DNA of 64,000 nucleotides from an uncultured Rickettsiales bacterium (GTDB lineage Bacteria; Margulisbacteria; Marinamargulisbacteria; GCA-2716485; CAZIFG01): NCBI GenBank assembly GCA_964539135.1, contig CAZIFG010000005.1, positions 2,335 to 66,334 of the forward strand, read 5' to 3'. Shown piece by piece: positions 61,782 to 64,000 of this stretch (position 1 is its first letter; each line of letters starts with the position of its first letter). The notes under the pieces were generated by a model. It saw only the letters and a program-made list of their open reading frames with translations, ran no database searches and was not told where the DNA came from. The position numbers and the translations under genes were made by a program.

Positions 61782-62705
61782 ATGAAAATGAAAAAACTAT
61801 TAATGGCAGCTATGATTACACTATGCGGAGCCTCGGGAATACAGGCAGGGAATTATACGCCTGCAATTATGATTACAGATGTAGGAACGTCTGCTGAGAT
61901 GTATGGATTGGGAACCATACAGAGTTTTAGCAAATCGTCAGCAACGATATTTGAAAATCCTGCGGCGCTTTATAAAATAGATAAACTCAGCGTGTCTGTA
62001 TTTACAACACGGATCATCAATGAAGTGGATTATAGAAATATTGCCTATGCGCACAAAACAAAGTATGGAACCTTCGGATTGGGCTACATGCAGGCGTTTT
62101 CGGGCGGATTCCCGATTACGGCAGAAAGTGGGGGTGTATTTGTAGAAACGGGGACCTTTGATGTGGACTTTGGCCTTGTAAAATTAGCCTACCAAAATAA
62201 ATTGAAACGTCAAAAAATCAATTATGGGGTAGGACTAAACTATTACACCAATAAAATTGCATATGCGAGTGGAAGAGGGTCCAATATAGATGTGGGTGCC
62301 ATGAAAACATGGAGAAATTTTGAAGGATCTTTAGCCTTAAAAAATATCATTTTATCCTCAAGTACAAATTGGAGTAATGGCGGAAAAGAATCCCATCCCT
62401 TTCAAATTGTTCTAGGGGGTAAATATCACAGAGGCTATTTTGATTTTATGGCTCAATTACATCAACATGAGAGTTATGGGCGTACGTTAAAATCTGCGGG
62501 GATACAGTACTCTCCTGGATTTTTAAAATTTGTGCAAGCACGTGTAGGGTATAGAGAGTTTGTAGAGCTTAATACAACGGTAAGTTCCATTACAGCAGGT
62601 CTTGGATTGCAGTTCAAAGGCGTTGGATTTGATTATGCCTTTGAAAAAAGTACCCATCCTTTAGTCGATAATCACAATTATTTTTCAGTAAAACTGAATT
62701 TCTAG
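61782..62705 (+). CDS. outer-membrane beta-barrel protein
   Basis: Signal peptide MKMKKLLMAAMITLCGASGIQA. Alternating beta-strand pattern throughout. The C-terminus YFSVKLNF ends in Phe. Confidence 0.6.
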   Translation: MKMKKLLMAAMITLCGASGIQAGNYTPAIMITDVGTSAEMYGLGTIQSFSKSSATIFENPAALYKIDKLSVSVFTTRIINEVDYRNIAYAHKTKYGTFGLGYMQAFSGGFPITAESGGVFVETGTFDVDFGLVKLAYQNKLKRQKINYGVGLNYYTNKIAYASGRGSNIDVGAMKTWRNFEGSLALKNIILSSSTNWSNGGKESHPFQIVLGGKYHRGYFDFMAQLHQHESYGRTLKSAGIQYSPGFLKFVQARVGYREFVELNTTVSSITAGLGLQFKGVGFDYAFEKSTHPLVDNHNYFSVKLNF

Positions 62706-62814
62706 ACCTATAAATATAAAAAAATAAATTGATTTTTTTAAAATCAACTCTATGATGTAAACATGCGCCCCTTGTATGAGGGGATAAGCCTATAGCATCT
62801 TAAAAGAGAGTTGA

Positions 62815-64000
62815 ATGAGTAAAAAAGAAGAAAAATTTGCCGGTTTATTTATAGGACTCATTTTGGCATTTTTGTTGGTCTCAATGCCGGGGCTGATTGC
62901 GGATAGCGGCGGCTTTTATGGCAGAGGGCGTGCAACTGTAGATTTGCCTGCTGCTGGCAGTGTTTATCCTAAAACAACAACGTCTGTAAACCTAACCATA
63001 GGTCACAATGCAACGCCTACCTTTAATGGCTATTTGGCTTGGACCTTAAATCAGCCCTTTGAGTCAGGGGCCAGAACAACTCTAAATGCAGGGAGTGCGC
63101 CTGCAAGCATAAGCTTAACAGGGCTAACAAATAATGCCATTCATAGAATTTATTTGGGGTGGGTGAGTTCAGATGCGTCCTCGCTTTTAGATGCGGATAT
63201 CACCAGTAGCAATTTTGTCATTGAAGGCGATGCCGATGTATCAACGATGAAGATATATACATCGGGTTATGATACAGCTGGCCACACAGAAGTAGGTAAA
63301 TCTATTTATATAGGATCAACAAGCAACGCAAGTGTGGTATGGAATACCGCCAACTATTTAGGCCCAACGTTATTTTTAGGCGGTAAAAAGAATTTAAACA
63401 GTACCCTTACGATTAACTCGGGAGTTGTCGGCATTGCAGGGGATACGTGGCTTGGAAAAGAGTCCAATTCAACAGGATCTATGACCATTCTAGGTGGGAG
63501 TATCACGCTGGCAACTCTAAATAGAGGCTTAGGAATTGGGACTTTATTAATCAATGGGGGCGCAACAGAGATAGGCATCATCAACCCCTTAAGTAGCTTA
63601 GTGATGAGTAGTGGAAGCTTAACTGTATCCACAATCAACACGCATTTCCAAATTTTAGGGGGAAGTGTATCCCCAAGCCTGAATACAAGCCAGATCTGGA
63701 TAACAGGAAATTATACGCAAGGCGCAGGCGCAACGCTTTCGATTCAACTGACACCCATATCCGGAAGTGTTTTAGCTCAAAGTCTATCTGTGTTGAGCAA
63801 TATGAATCTTGCGGGGGGATTAAGTGTTACGACTCGAAACACGTTAGTACCAACCCGCAGCGTGACATTAAATGTCCTATCTTGGGGAGGAACTGTAACA
63901 GGTTCTTTTGATCGCATACAACTTCCTAATTTTGGGAGTTCTGTCGTGTGGTCCACAGCGAATTTGTATACACAAGGGGTCTTAAATTTGAGTGTGGCAG
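62815..64000 (+). CDS. secreted beta-helix-like repeat protein, partial (runs off the window)
   Basis: Not in the ORF track because it has no stop. My hand translation from ATG 62815 gives MSKKEEKFAGLFIGLILAFLLVSMPGLIA..., open to nt 64000. It has repeated G-x-L-T-I/L-x-G-G motifs. Confidence 0.6.
   Translation, partial: MSKKEEKFAGLFIGLILAFLLVSMPGLIADSGGFYGRGRATVDLPAAGSVYPKTTTSVNLTIGHNATPTFNGYLAWTLNQPFESGARTTLNAGSAPASISLTGLTNNAIHRIYLGWVSSDASSLLDADITSSNFVIEGDADVSTMKIYTSGYDTAGHTEVGKSIYIGSTSNASVVWNTANYLGPTLFLGGKKNLNSTLTINSGVVGIAGDTWLGKESNSTGSMTILGGSITLATLNRGLGIGTLLINGGATEIGIINPLSSLVMSSGSLTVSTINTHFQILGGSVSPSLNTSQIWITGNYTQGAGATLSIQLTPISGSVLAQSLSVLSNMNLAGGLSVTTRNTLVPTRSVTLNVLSWGGTVTGSFDRIQLPNFGSSVVWSTANLYTQGVLNLSVA

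Noticed and set aside
62729-62747. TTGATTTT-TTT-AAAATCAA perfect inverted repeat after the barrel gene, as a possible terminator.
   Set aside because: The stem is all A/T apart from one G-C pair at each end, and no U-tract follows. It is too weak to call.

Overview
Gene-dense, AT-rich bacterial chromosomal window with many 4-nt ATGA start/stop overlaps. I cannot assign a lineage from sequence alone. I saw no rRNA, CRISPR array, transposase or integrase. (1) nt 1-9.7k is a flagellar type III export and C-ring cluster: fliK-like 3' end, a secreted ORF, fliM, a ParA/Soj-type ATPase, fliN, fliO/P/Q/R, flhB, flhA, a small ORF and a fliA-like sigma factor. It converges on a type IV pilin/pseudopilin gene and a GspF/PilC-like gene. 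(2) nt 11-32k is housekeeping: gap-pgk, lspA, rluD-like, M23 peptidase, aspartate kinase, murA, dapF, csaB, tagA/wecG, pgi, a GlmU-family LbH protein, lepB, a ThiS-like protein, gyrB-gyrA, an FN3-like lipoprotein and tRNA-Gly(GCC). (3) nt 32-59k is the unusual part. A single 16.7-kb ORF (5,563 aa, minus strand) has only one motif I recognise, a transglutaminase-like Cys-His-Asp core. Four tightly coupled orphan genes follow it. Divergent from it is a seven-gene plus-strand operon of hydrophilic orphan proteins that ends in a FlgE/FlgG-family axial protein. (4) nt 59-64k holds a long-form hpf, a short GlmU-like nucleotidyltransferase and a surface-protein cluster. A 135-nt palindromic element with about 17-nt terminal inverted repeats occurs twice. 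One copy is intergenic, next to the hpf stop codon. The other is inserted in frame in dapF as exactly 45 codons with no stop, like the Rickettsia palindromic elements. All functional calls rest on motif recognition by eye; no database search was possible.
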